NCBI RefSeq assembly: GCF_964355755.1
Contig: NC_092674.1
Span: 5,518,001-5,582,000, forward strand
DNA length: 64,000 nt
Direction: 5' to 3'
From: Antedon mediterranea
Lineage: Eukaryota; Animalia; Echinodermata
The position numbers and the translations under genes are program-made. This document shows positions 39,836-53,412 of the stretch, in pieces; position 1 is the stretch's first letter, and every line of letters begins with the position of its first letter. Under the pieces are notes generated by a model. That model was not told the origin of the DNA. It did no database searches and worked only from the letters and a program-made list of their open reading frames with translations.

Positions 39836-41410
39836 TGACCAGTTTATATTTCACATTGCGTTATCATTGATCGTTTTAATGATCGAAACCTTAAATCGCT
39901 TATCAATTTTAGACGACATGAAAGTTGCAGATTAAATAGATTATTGTAATTGTATAAATTATGCAATGTATCGAAAGATATAGATAAGCCTAGTCAATAT
40001 CTTCGATCTTGAATAATAACACCACCAATAATGTACACGTGTACGTCAACGTTCTATTAATACATTTATTTTGAATTTCAACCACAACCTGTATAATTAC
40101 ATTTTGGTTCTACATATTTTAGATATGTTGTCGAAAAATTCCAATCATTGTCTGTGTGTTAGTGACTAAAGTTTGTCTTTAATGATTCAGGAAAAATGTT
40201 TAAAATGTTTCCAGCACACTCCCTGAAGTCTAGTTTTTGTTTTTCACGGAAAATAAACAATACAATTGAGTTATGTTGTTTTAATGCAATGCATAACACA
40301 TGCCATTAGAGAGAACATTTTTTCTTTTTAGGCTGCGTAAGCATTTTAACTAACCAATCGGAACTAGGTTGACGCCGGTTTTCTACTCCGGTGAAAACTG
40401 TATTTTGTATTTGTAAGTACGCAGATTTGTTAGGGATAACTGGACTGGAAACTCATTACTTTAGTCTCTAATATATAAGGCGTAGGTAGGTATGTGCGAC
40501 AGACAGAAGTTTACAAATAAGTTTTATTATGTAATTAGTACTGATCGATATTGGCATAAGCAGCAACCACCACTGTTTTAGGTTGTAGGTTAAAACGGAA
40601 AGCAATTCATGTGGTATTTATTTGTATTTGTATATATTATAGGCAGATTTGTTCTATTGTAATATATATATTTCCTCCACATGGTAATTGATAAAGCGTA
40701 AATTTAAATATAAATATCAATCAAAATGTAAACCATTTTATTCGCGCGTGTCTCTTTGTCTGTCTGTTTGTTAGGTACGTGTGAACATGCCCTTAAAAAT
40801 AATAGAAAGAAAGAATAACAACGTTTTTTTAATTTAGGTACGTGTGAACATGCCCTTAAAATAATAGAAAGATAGAATACTAACAACGTTCAAAATGTAC
40901 TTATTGACTAAAATAAAATTAACACCGTTATAGAGCAGGTTTGTGTACAAATAATGATATTTAAGGAGGTTAATGATGTAGTATATATATTGATAGACAC
41001 ATAATTACGAATTACGGTATTATACGGTAATATAATAAATAATATTTATACAATACATTTTATTTGTTTATTTCACGTTTAACAATCCGCTATTATTCGT
41101 TATCAATAAATATCTATAGTAAGTAAGAAGTGTTTTAGCCTAAGTAACACGAAATGTCACAATATGTATCTTTATTACCCTTGCTTAAAACACACCGCAG
41201 TCACGTTGACTAGTTCATTTTTTATATAGATCTATAGTTGTATATAGAAGTATCTTAAACCCAAGATTAGGATCATTGAATCAAGTTTTATAGAGTGACC
41301 ACCGTAAAAATTTACGTGAGAAACTATATGTTGTCAGAGAAGATACGACGATATTTGATTAGATTTGAAGTTGAACATCAACGCGCCATTTTATTGTAAT
41401 TCCTACCATT

Positions 41411-44400
41411 ATGTTTGTTGTTGATGTGAAAACATTCGTTCTTTTTCTGTTGGTTGGCGTAGCATTCAAAGGTTAAAGTATTTGATTATCTTATTTTATT
41501 TTATATTTTATTTACACATACGATCGTTGCATCTAAGTTAAAGATGACCCAACTATTTCATAAATATAGCCAACCCTCTAAATAATCTCTCTCAACTAAA
41601 AAAACATCGGTTAAGATGTATTGTCCCCCTGAAAAAACATTTTTTTGTTGTTGAATATGCCATTTTAAAGTCACATAATAGTTATCCACTTTAACCAAAA
41701 ATTGGATCTAAAAACAAAATATTTACCTGAAAAAACAGTAATTTTAAGGGGAAAAAATAGTAAAATTGGCTACCAGCCAATGGAATTTTGTCATTTCATT
41801 TTTATAAGTGAAAATATTCCCTTTATTCGTTTTTCTACGGAAGTTATTAAAACTACGAAATAACCTATTCAAATTTTATTCTTTTTGGGGGACAATACAT
41901 CTTCAATATTTTGCAGTGGGCTCAACTATCCTGTAAATAATAATATGGCTAAACTTTAGCATCAATCGCGAGCCCATAAAACGGTTAACTGAGGTATTGA
42001 CTCTGATAAATAGTAGCGGATCCATGTGGACAGACAGGCAACAGAATGGCTTTCTAATTACAGTTTTTTTATATTTTTAGCTTCTGTCGGTTGTCCACAG
42101 GTACACGGAGGATCTTTGATACCTAGAGTACATGTGGACTCCCCTGGATTGACATTGCTGAATACTGGGAATCCAATAACATGTGATGGATATGTAACAG
42201 CTTGGAGATTCTACCCAACTGCGTCTGCAGAATTCTTAGCATTGGTGATGCGTCCACACATAGCTGGTAGCAACCAGTACGTTGTGGTTGCACGAACCGT
42301 AATACCGAAACAACAAGTATTGAATACACCACGAGAGTTTACGTTACCAGAACCAGATTGGATCTCAGTAAAAAGTGGTGATGTTATTGGATTCAAATTT
42401 GATACAAGTCTTTTGCCGTATGACGATGAAGGTACACAGTTTATGTATGCAGATTTGATCAACATGAACAATTTGCTAGTCCATACCGTTCACGCAATCA
42501 ATGTCGGTCCTGCTGCTAGAACATTTTCGTTTCAAACCGTTTTAAAAGGTAAGTTAGCTAGTTTGGCTGCTTGATGTGCCAATGGGAACATCAATAAATG
42601 AATAAATATATAATTGTCGTACTAATCTGTACTGCTGTATGTTATGATGTAATCATGCTGTAAACATTGTGCTAACATATTTACCCTCATTTTACGAGTA
42701 TGTCCTCAAGTGCGTCTATGGTTTTAAAATAGGAATTTTGACAAGTTAAAATGATGTTATTAAATGCACCACGCACTATCTCTTAAAGTTTTAAATCTCT
42801 TCAACGAATGGAAGAAAATCCTATTGTGGTTTTCTGGTTTGTTTTGGCTTTTTTCGTAATTCTGTAATAAAGTGATCAATCATGAATCAATCAATCAATC
42901 AAAGGTTGAAATTAAATTCCCAGATTCGCAGAGGGCAGATATTTGGTTTAGAAAATGCCTATAAATTTAGACATTTAGGAATAGATTCCTATGGAGATCG
43001 GACTTTAATTACAATTTTAAAATAACATCATAATACAATTTTCATCAAGCGACGTCGAAAAAAAAAATCTTTGAAGACACTTATAAAATAATTTCAAATG
43101 AATTGTTATTGATTTTTAGATTCATATTTACCATGTAACATTATCAATTGGCCGTTAATGAAGAAAACTACGGAAACAACAACAACAGTGAAAATATGGA
43201 TGGACGATTGGAACAAGATAAAGTGTCCCGGTACAATCACAGGATGGAGGTATATGGCAAAAGTAACAACAGATATCATTGGCTTAGTTTACAGAGCGGT
43301 AGACGCAGACAACAACGTGTATGAAATCATCGGGAAAACTTTACTTCCGGAAGGAGAGCCTGACGTTGTCGTCGAATTTCCACTTGCACATTCTGATAGA
43401 ATTGATGTTTTACCTGGAGACAAGATTGGCTTTACGTATACAACAACTGCGCGCCTCTACTATCAACATGATTATTCGAATGTTGGGTCGTTTTATAAAT
43501 TTACGAACGAACCTGCCGGCTATGATATCGGGACACATGTTACTTTCACTGATTATAAAACCCGACATTTTATGTTTGATGCTGTTTTTGATATTAACAG
43601 TAAGTAGTGGTATATTTTCTACTAATTATTAAAGGTTGGTTCCCACTAGGACGCAACGCACGCGAGTTGACCAATTACAAGCGATAAATTATCCAAACTG
43701 TCGCTTGTCATTGGTCAACTCACTTGCATTGCGCGTACGTCCTTGCATTGCGTCATAGTGGAAACCAATCTTTAGCTAATGCAACAAACTCTTATTTTTT
43801 GCCGATCTAATTTCCCCCCCCCCTCCCCCAGAATCAGATAATGTATACGAGTCCACGGTTGTTGAGGACCATAAGCTGCAAAACAATGACATCGCCACTA
43901 TCACTGACAGTACTTTGGCTTCCTGTGTCACCAACTGTATAAAGAACCAGCAATGTAAATCAGTCAACTACAACCAAAATACATGCAAATTAAACGATGC
44001 TACTCGTACCGAAGATGAGAGTAACTTTGCTGAGATCGCAGGAGAAAGATACATCGAAATGAGTCCTGTTTCCACGGTAAGTTAAAGTCAAGGATTACGT
44101 AAGTTAGACATTTTACTCTGAAAAGTAATAAGCATTTTATTCATTGACGTCTTTACAAAAACAAAAACCATATGTACAATTCTTGACGTTAACGTTTACA
44201 GGCATATATTCATATTCATATTTTTCATCAAGGTTCTATTACTTGATTGATGACACTCACATTCAAAAAAGGTAGTGAAGTGATATGAACTTGTACGGCA
44301 AAATTATGTTCCAACTCGTGTGTATTTTATATACAGTTTCCATTTGATAACTCGTACACGCTTAACTTTAACTTAACACCGTTTGAACGCGAATATTACC

Positions 44401-46934
44401 CTACTCTGTGAGTGTGTGTGCTTTACTGATTATTTTCCATATTTATATACTATAATTTGGTTAATAATTTGTTTTCGTAGAAAGTGGAAAGCACATGCGC
44501 ATTTGTTGACTGTGGGTCTGAAAACATTTGTATCGATGTTCCTGGTACTGTAAGACGCCATCTTTGTTTATGTTCTGCAACTGGATATCTAGCTGACCAG
44601 TGTCCGTCAGCAGGTAAGATCATTGCGTTCGTGAAAATGTTGAGTGGGTTCTCAAAGTAAATATAAAACAGTGTGAGTAGCATGGTGGTTGTCTGATCCA
44701 GTCTTATCAGATCCTAACTGTATTGCTTTGCTTTGATACTTTAGGATGTCTTAAGCCTCTTGGAATGGAGTCTGGTGATATTGTTGATGGTCAATTAAGA
44801 GCCAGTTCTATGTGGTCAGATCGAGAAGACCACGGCGCAAAATGTGCAAGATTAAATGCAGTAGGAAAATCTTCGTGTGTGCCTTGTTGGATTCCACATA
44901 AGTCAGATACCAACAGTTGGATTCAAATACATTTGATTGTAGAGCACAACATTACTGGTATCCAAACACAGGGTAGAGAAGACGGGGATCAATGGGTGAC
45001 AACCTACAAAATAAGCTACATCAAAGTGAACCAAGTTGGTGACTATTTCATCTCTAATGGTCACGGACGTCCTAAGGTAGGCCAATAGCAGGATATAAAA
45101 TAAGGTATAAAAGGAGATATTGTACAAGTAATTTGAGAATAAACTTAACTACAGTATTTGGAGAAAATGTAAACTAAACTGTTTGTATATACCTTCTTCT
45201 TGCTTCTTAATAATAAAATGTAGTTGAACATACGTAGCTTAATAAAAGTGTTCGTGTATTTTTAATTCGCATTTCCTATTTGCATTTAAATCCAGATTTT
45301 TGATGGTAATTTAGACCGATCTGGCGTACGAACACATTATTTTAATCCAGTAATACAAGGCGTGGCTATCAGGATTTACCCTAAAAGCTGTTACACTTTC
45401 TGCACTTTACGAGCTGAAGTTTTAGGCTGTCAAATTGGTAAGTACTAACGCACAGCATTCACAATCGGTTTACTTTTTATATTATGGAAATAATATTGGA
45501 TTCAACACAAAAGAAACGAACGGTTATTTTTTTTTTCTTTATTCACTTTAAACAAATCATCAAATTTTCAATATGCTTTCTACACCAGAATGTGTTTTCA
45601 TAGCATTTATTTACTGTTCTGCACAGGAAATGAATGGGTTCGAGTGTTTAAGGGTGTATCTATGACCGAAGTTAGCATTTACAACGCTTGGCAAACTGGA
45701 TCAGGAACATCAAGCCACCATGCTCATCAATTTCTCATCAGTGATACATTTTACAGAAACAATGCAATATTTGATAACTGGTCAACATTAAATATTCAAC
45801 AGGTATAAGTTTTATCAATTGTTAATTTTAGTATATTCAATATAATTTTAATTTACATAATATATTTTTGTTGTGATTACACTTTCAACTTTATTTTATT
45901 TTGCCTACTTAAAAATTAATTTACCAAAATAAAAAATAAAATCTGTTTTTATCTGTGTTACAGGTAAAATTAACAGCATTCTCTGCATTTCACGAGGAGT
46001 TGTTTTCCATTACATTTGATGGTGTTGGTTCTACTACAACTTCTTGGTTTTCGAAGGACAGAGTTCAAAGTTCACCTTGGGACGACATGCAATCTGCTTC
46101 CTCTAATGTATTTTCAATAGATGGAATTTATAATCGGTGTGTACATTTAGTGTAACAAAGGTCACATTTGAATATCAGCTTTTTGCTTTACGATAGGGCG
46201 TTGCCTATAATATTGGGTATTACACTCCTAAAGTGTTCTTCCCTAATTGGCGTGTCCAACAGCAAGGTTGTTACTAGTTCTACTGCAAATGAATTGATGA
46301 GATCAGTAAATGAATAAGTCCGAATTAACAATATCAATCAATCTAAATTTTAGGAGATTTTTTATTAATAACTATTACAACGGTTGCGGAGGTGATAAAG
46401 GATGGTTCATAGTTGTGGAAGGCACGACTTGTAAAGAATGGGATGGTTATGACACCAATCCAAGAATTATATACAGTCGGACAAAATCAGCAGAGATATG
46501 GTACACTGGACGTAAGTTACACAACGGTAGATATATACGGTCGTATTTCTGGTATGGCGGCCGTCGCTAGAAAAGGAGTGACTTTTTGAAGGAGTAGGGG
46601 GCATCACATATCCCTGGATCAGCCAATGGGGGGAAAGTACCCTTTTTAATTATAGAGTAAACAGTACTTTCTTATGTAGTCGTGGTTCCAAAATGAAGTC
46701 TGATGTTGGCCTACGCTAAAGGTTTAGTACGGTAAATGTGGGTCTGTAATGGGGTTGCCATGCTTTAAATTTACCAATGACCGTAAATGCCTTATTACGT
46801 TGTTCTACGAATATTGCTCAAATACGGTAGTGGAACGCATCTGTTACGCCTATTTAACACTGTAATTCATTTGTAAAATTGCAATTTCAGATATTGGTAC
46901 TGCTCGAGCAATGACTATTGATGTAAAAATGTAA
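41411..46934 (+). CDS. Paralogue 4 of the secreted PAN-EGF-F5/8C mosaic family, ~803 aa
   Basis: Exons 41411-41471, 42081-42548, 43120-43599, 43832-44076, 44481-44613, 44745-45076, 45296-45437, 45627-45802, 45964-46136, 46354-46511, 46891-46934; 2412 nt, frame intact. Confidence 0.87.
41611..41905. mobile_element. TTAA-flanked MITE (family K, Kolobok-like)
   Basis: AGATGTATTGTCCCCC...GGGGGACAATACATCT; see copies at 57340 and 60071. Confidence 0.7.
43630..43774. mobile_element. Short palindromic MITE
   Basis: GGTTGGTTCCCACTAGGACGCAA...TTGCGTCATAGTGGAAACCAATC; related partial copy at ~22300-22443. Confidence 0.65.
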
Positions 46935-47262
46935 CGGTGGCAGCGGATAAAAAAGGTCTATTAGACCAGAGAAGTTTATTTGTTTCACTGTCTGAGCAAT
47001 TGTCATTCCGAGATATATCAGTGCTTTTAAATGGTGACAAGCAATACAAAGCCGATTCAAGATTGGTTTTATACAATCTATTTAATGTGTCGTTCCTTCC
47101 ATTCATCCTCTATCTAAACAGCATAAAATAAGTATATTACAATGTGCGACAATACTCAAGCGAGGTCCTGCACAAGTAAATGAAGATGCTGGAAATATAA
47201 TATTGCCGTGTCGCATGGTACCAAGATAACTTTTTTTTTTTAATAGCTGGTGAAATAAGCAC

Positions 47263-47445
47263 TAAAATCCAACTCAAGACATCGTCGTACGACGAGACGA
47301 AAATAAAACATGTTTAATTTTCTCTCGACGAACTAAAAACTTCCAAGCGCTATCACAAGACTAGTCTTGTCGGGATTAAACTCAGACAGCATCGACAAGT
47401 GACAAGTGGGCCTCGTCGTACGATGCTGTCTGAGTTGGCCTTTAG
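47263..47445. mobile_element. Short MITE-like inverted repeat
   Basis: CCAACTCAAGACATCGTCGTACGACGAG pairs imperfectly with CTCGTCGTACGATGCTGTCTGAGTTGG. Confidence 0.55.
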
Positions 47446-49045
47446 TGTTACTGGTAAGCTATAGACTTACATATACCTACTTATGTATTTTATTAATATA
47501 ATTTAATTTGTACGTATCGTCTTTTGATTTAACTTATCTAACTACAGGAAATAATAATTATTTTGTAGTCATAGTATATTTTAACGCCATTCTGAAAGCC
47601 GAAAACACTGTAAAACTATTACAAACCTATTCGACTAATCTAAATTTTTTACGACATGATTATTGCGTAGTAAATCGATTTTAGCGACATTATTGCAACT
47701 TTAAATCGATTATTATCAATTTTAACGATATAAATTTTGCATATCAAATCGATTATTATCGATTCGTGATGATTTCGTGTTCGCTTCAAACCCTATTAAG
47801 TTGAATGCTTTTGTATTAGATATTAATTGTATAAAATACTATTTATTATCAGAATTAGCAACTTAGTAATATCTTACGACCTTATATAATACCGCCAGTA
47901 AACATGTTAGCGTCCAATTTTGTCTTTAAAATATATTTTCTCCTACTTACATTTTTTGTTGTTGAATATGTCATTTTAATGTCACACAATAGTTATTCAC
48001 TTTGACAAAAATTGAATCGAAAAAAAATGATTTAGCTGAAAAAAAATTGGAATATTGTCTTTTATAAATGAAAACTTGAATAAAAAACTGCAAAATGACC
48101 TATTCAAATTCTTTACTAACTTTAATTTTCATATTTTTTGAGAAAATACATCTTTAAGTCTTGATTAAATTAGAATTTATGCTAATTGAATCACCTGTAT
48201 ATTAAATATATATATTAATTTTGATTTTACATATTCTTGGTATGGTGTCGACAGAATTTCTATCTATTTGTTTCGTTAGTGAATCACTACAGGTTAGGCC
48301 TAATGTATCTATTTTTTTTAAATGTTGTCTTTAATATTTCAGGAAATGTTTTTACACTTGTTTAAAAAAAAACCTACTTTCAGACAAACCTTGTTTTTAC
48401 GGGGAAAAAGCAATACGATTGAGGTATGCTTAGTTACTAATATGCAAAACGAATGCTGTTAGTGAATATTAATATTGCGCGTGAGATTTTAACCGACCAA
48501 TCAGAACTCGATTGACGTTGGTTTTCTACTCCGGTGACACCTGTATCTTAAAATTAAGTACTACATGCATGATACCTGGAGTCTTTTCCAACATTTTCCT
48601 GTATGTATTTTGTATGTAGGCCTATGTAGATAATATGTTATGAAAACAGGGACGAGGAATTATCTTAGACCCATAAAATAAGGCGTTAGAAATTGATAAT
48701 CGATGTTTTATTAGGTAAGTATACTGATCGTTATGCATTATTAACATACCGTAAGCAACAATCATCACAGTTTTATGTTTGGAAATAAAGTCTAGTCAAC
48801 TGGACTTGTTTAATAGTGACGTTTCACGATTTATTTTTCCAAACTGAACACTACCTGGACGAATGGTAATATATAACATAGGCCTACCCGTATCACAGTT
48901 TTATATGTTGCAGAAATGGTATAAACATTTTACGTACTGTATTTTAGCATGTTAATAAAAATAAAATAAGCGCACGCTTTTACAGTGGTACATATTATGT
49001 ATGGATGCAAGTAAAATACTGTATTCATAGGTCATTTTAAAATAA

Positions 49046-49189
49046 ACGCTGTGGCTAAAGATGCTGTACCGTATCTATACTTATAAAAACTAAAGGTACG
49101 GTAATTATAAATTGCATTCTTAAACTATAATTACCGTACCATTAGCTTTTAGAAGTATGGATACGGTACCGTATTTTTAGCCATAACGT
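49046..49189. repeat. ~145-bp imperfect palindrome (MITE-like)
   Basis: ACGCTGTGGCTAAAGATGCTGTACCGTATC...GGTACGGTAATTATA / TATAATTACCGTACC...GATACGGTACCGTATTTTTAGCCATAACGT. Confidence 0.7.
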
Positions 49190-49574
49190 AAAACAAAATG
49201 GGTGAAGTTGAGGTGATTTTTAAACGTGCACATATCTAATGCTATCACATCATATCAGAGCGATTTCATTGCCAAACTGGCTTCACTACTTACGACTAGC
49301 ATAAATAAGAACAATTGCCAACATTATTTTATTTATTTTTTTATTAAACTACATTGCGAAGTACAAATTACTACTTCAGTAGAAACCCACTTAAAGGGAC
49401 AGACAGGGATTTGCCGTGGCGGTAAAAACATACAGTATTTCCACATGTTTCAGGGTTAAAGTGTCCCCTAAATAGGGGAGTGCAAAAAGAAGGGTTATAC
49501 TGAAAACTAAATCTTATTTTACATTTGAAAGGTAACTCTTCAAAGATGACCAATCTATTGTAGGGAATCATGAG

Positions 49575-50158
49575 TACATTTTTTCTCACTGACAAACCCA
49601 AAAAGTGTCATGTTTAGTCCCATTGACAAACCCCAAAAAATTACCCTTTTATTTTACTGTCAAAACCAAAAGTTGTCACTTTTTATTCAAATTGATAAAT
49701 TCAAAAAGTTCCCAATTTTTTGTCACTCTGGCAAACTAAAAAGTGACATTTATTGGGTTTGTCAATGGGATCAACTAAAAGTGTCACTTATTTTGTCACA
49801 CTGGTAAAGCAAAAAGTGATAATTTATTGGGTTTATCAATGGGACCAACTAAAAGTGTCACTTATTTTGTCACACTGGCAAACCCAAAAGTGACATTTAT
49901 TGGGTTTGTCAATGGGACCAACTAAAAGTGTCACTTATTTTGTCACACTGGTAAAGCCAAGTGACATTTATTGGGTTTATCAATGGGACCAACTAAAAGT
50001 GTCACTTATTTTTGTCACATTAGCAAACCCAAAAGTGACATTTATTGGGTTTGTCAATGGGACCAACTAAATGTGTCACTTATGTTTGTCACACTGGTAA
50101 AGCCTAGTGACATTTTTTGGGTTTTTCCAATCAACAAAAAGTGTCGCTTATTTATGTC
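49575..50158. repeat. ~73-bp tandem repeat (~6 units plus inverted partial units) directly 3' of the MED7 stop codon
   Basis: Unit AAAAGTGTCACTTATTTTGTCACACTGGCAAACCCAAAAGTGACATTTATTGGGTTTGTCAATGGGACCAACT. Confidence 0.88.
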
Positions 50159-50160
50159 AT

Positions 50161-50856
50161 TTATATTGAATCCACCATGTCACACATTAGTTTATCTTTG
50201 TCATAAAAATTGTCCTCTTGCACCTTCTTTTGTTCTTCCTCCTCTATCACGGTATCTTTTGGTTCTTGTTTCATGTTCATCGACCTCTGTTCAATCTCAA
50301 TTGACGTCACTACTTTACTTTCGATACTGCCGATGTTCGACGGTAACGATCCTAAACAATTCTGCAACGACTCCGTAACTTTCTCTAAATGTTTCTGAAA
50401 TCGTTCAGCTGTATCGAGTCTTTGCCGTTTCTGTACCTCCATCATAACACGCAGTGTCTCCCTCGCTTGGTGAGGTCTGAATTCATTGATTAAATGATGC
50501 ATATGGATAAAAACAAGGTTGATGTCTTCCACTTTCTGCTGCCTATGTTGGCTCGACGGAGATGTTATCAATATGTCGACTAAATCTAAAAAATTTACTA
50601 AAATTGAATGATTAAGCCGTTTTAATTCGTCTTTATGGTCAAATTGTTTTGGGTGTAATCTCTGTAATCCTTGTGATTCAAGTTGCCTTATGATTGCGTC
50701 ATCTGGTTGAAACGTCGCACCAAACATATCATATTTATCAGGGGGTGGATGTGGTGGTTTAGGAGCGGTTCCATTGCGGATTCGGTCATCGGTGTAGTGC
50801 TTTATGAACTGCATGGGAGGCAATGGTAACGAGCTCACTCCTTGTTCTTCAGCCAT
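50161..50856 (-). CDS. MED7: Mediator of RNA polymerase II transcription subunit 7, single coding exon
   Basis: [12 protein letters not shown]...[12 protein letters not shown]...[30 protein letters not shown] are MED7 signatures; acceptor at 50882 implies a 5'UTR intron. Confidence 0.97.
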   Translation of the reverse strand: MAEEQGVSSLPLPPMQFIKHYTDDRIRNGTAPKPPHPPPDKYDMFGATFQPDDAIIRQLESQGLQRLHPKQFDHKDELKRLNHSILVNFLDLVDILITSPSSQHRQQKVEDINLVFIHMHHLINEFRPHQARETLRVMMEVQKRQRLDTAERFQKHLEKVTESLQNCLGSLPSNIGSIESKVVTSIEIEQRSMNMKQEPKDTVIEEEEQKKVQEDNFYDKDKLMCDMVDSI

Positions 50857-53412
50857 ACTGTATGTAGGCTACCACAAATCTCTAAAAGAAATTAAATAAA
50901 AATACAGATTATAAAATTTCATGAAACAATTCAAAACCTGTCAATTATCATTCTAATAAAATATAATATTACTGTATTATTATAATAATTTTAATATTTT
51001 TATGACTTTCATTTCAACAAAAATAAAATTCAATATAGAATAGCAAGATATTCGAAATATCTTGTGCAAACTAGCAGCTGCCTAGGCTGACCAATATGCC
51101 TTTTATAGGCCTATTTATACGGAGGATCATCGTCATCTTTTCGTGTGTAACGTAAGAACGTATAGCAAGTAAGTAGGCCTAGCCTCACTAGTAGCTATAT
51201 AAACTTTGTTACTGGGTACTATACTATTATTACTTAAGCTAATATACTATGTAAATATAAATATATAATAATACACACTATTCACAATAATCCTAAAGTG
51301 TCTAGGCCTAAAAATCTTCCATAAATTAACACCACAAATAAAGGATCCGACACGATCAACACATTTTAATATTTTATGACGAGCGCCCTCTATGTTAACA
51401 AGACGGAATTAAGGAAGAGTACTTAACTACTTAAAGTAATTAACATTATTTTGCATAAATATTGTTTCTATAAAGAATTTAAGTAATAAATTAATATAAA
51501 AAGTATATTAATATTATTATAATTACTTTATTATTACTATATATGCTTAATACATATAAATATTGTTTTTAGTTTTAGTAAGCTAGGGATTCAAATGTGT
51601 GTAGTTTCACAACTTAATTTCCTGGTTTTATTTGGTTGGTTGGTGTGCAAAGAATATTTGTGGTCCTAAAGTTTAGGAAAACTTTTTAGTATTTTAAACT
51701 TTAAACGTTTCTTAAATATTTAATCCTGAAGTTAAACATTATATTTGATGATCATGTCGGTACGAATCCAAAGACATTTTACGGCTTTAAATATGTAGAC
51801 TGCTCGTACTAAAAACGGAAAGGTAAGTAGGCTAGCCTAGCTACAAGTACTGTGTGTAGCAGCCGCTTTGCGTACGCCCTCGTATGGATGTTGCCTCTGT
51901 CTTTCAACGGAAACGACCACAAGCTTTAATTTTTATTAGGCCTAGGCCTAGAGTAATTAAGGTATAGGAGCGCCTAGGTAGGTATAATAATATGGTTTAC
52001 TATAGGCCTACTAGAATAGTACTACACTAAAATTTTTCCTTTTTGATACAATATTTGTGTTTAGATTTGTTGGAAAAAAGTTTTAAATTAAACCTACGAA
52101 AAGTATAACTGATTTGAAGTGTATCTAGGCCTAGTGTATCCGGCATGGTTGGTTGCCTTTTGGCCATGTTGGGGAGGTAAACAAATCCCTGACCCGTATC
52201 GTACAGAAACATATGTTTTGTGCATATATTTGACATCTCCAGTTTACTGGTAATTTTAATTAATTCGCTATGATCTACTGTCGTGTAATGTTTTTAAATG
52301 GTCAAATGTGCGGGATTTTTTTTTACTATTGCCATGGTCAACTGTGTGTCCAATTTCATATGGCAACAATTGACCATCGGTTTCATTGCCTCTGCCGTAA
52401 AACAACATAATTAAGCAGAATGGTTGGCTTGACCAATAGAAAACAGTGAATTGGAGGCCCAGTTGACCATGATCATTGAAAACAATTTGACACATGGTCA
52501 ACTGTGCCGATATTCTTCAAACCTAATTATTATCCTATGACACGATAACCGTACTGAAAATATTAATTTATGCAAATAGTCGATAAATAATATGGTGTAA
52601 AGGTAGACTGTGCCTTGTTGTTTTCAATCGGCAACATTTTTTAAATGAAATAATATCCGGAAATGCCCTGAAAACGTTATTTTTGTTGTTTTTTTTATCA
52701 GTGCAACACTATCTATTATTATAATACCCACATCCTATCCTTAGTTTTATTATATAATCCTTATAAAGTACTATTAGATCATTAGGTAAGGGAATTCTGT
52801 TTTTTGTTTCCTCATTGAGTTGTCAGTTTATTGGAGTATATACAAACAACCACTAGGTGTTATAGTAATAAACTGATTTTAATAATTTATACCAATACCT
52901 ACAAATAATTAAATTTTAAAAGGAATCACTCAAACAGAATCAAAACGATAAAGTAGAACAGCAGAGCTTGCGACCAACACTTGCTCAGTGCAAGTGAATT
53001 TGTAAATTAATAACAGTGTTTTCGCTCCACTCCTTTATTAGGCAGTTATATTCAAGAGAATGGAAGCATCAGGAAACAGTTATTACCATGCAGTAGCTTA
53101 TAGTTTAATTACGGCTAAAAAAATGTCTTTTTACTATTACTAGAAACTCATACTGGCCATGCACACACCCCAAAACATGTGTGGAAAAAGAGAAAACATT
53201 TGCTGATAATATTGAGATGCATGTAGACAGTAGTCATCATTAAATGAGCGGCGTTTTTTAAAAGAAATATTTCTTATGTATATTTTTACTTTTTCTTTTA
53301 TGCAGATGTTTTGGTGATGTCTCAAAACTTTATTCAAATATCGGACAGCATAGCATTAAAAAAACAATCACATTATATTTGTAAAACAATTATTTGATGA
53401 AGGCTTTTAAAT

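Noticed and set aside
12565-46934. One giant gene with alternatively spliced cassettes, or uncollapsed haplotypes
   Set aside because: Each unit has its own signal-peptide exon and stop codon, and many introns are unrelated between units, so these are four separate paralogues.
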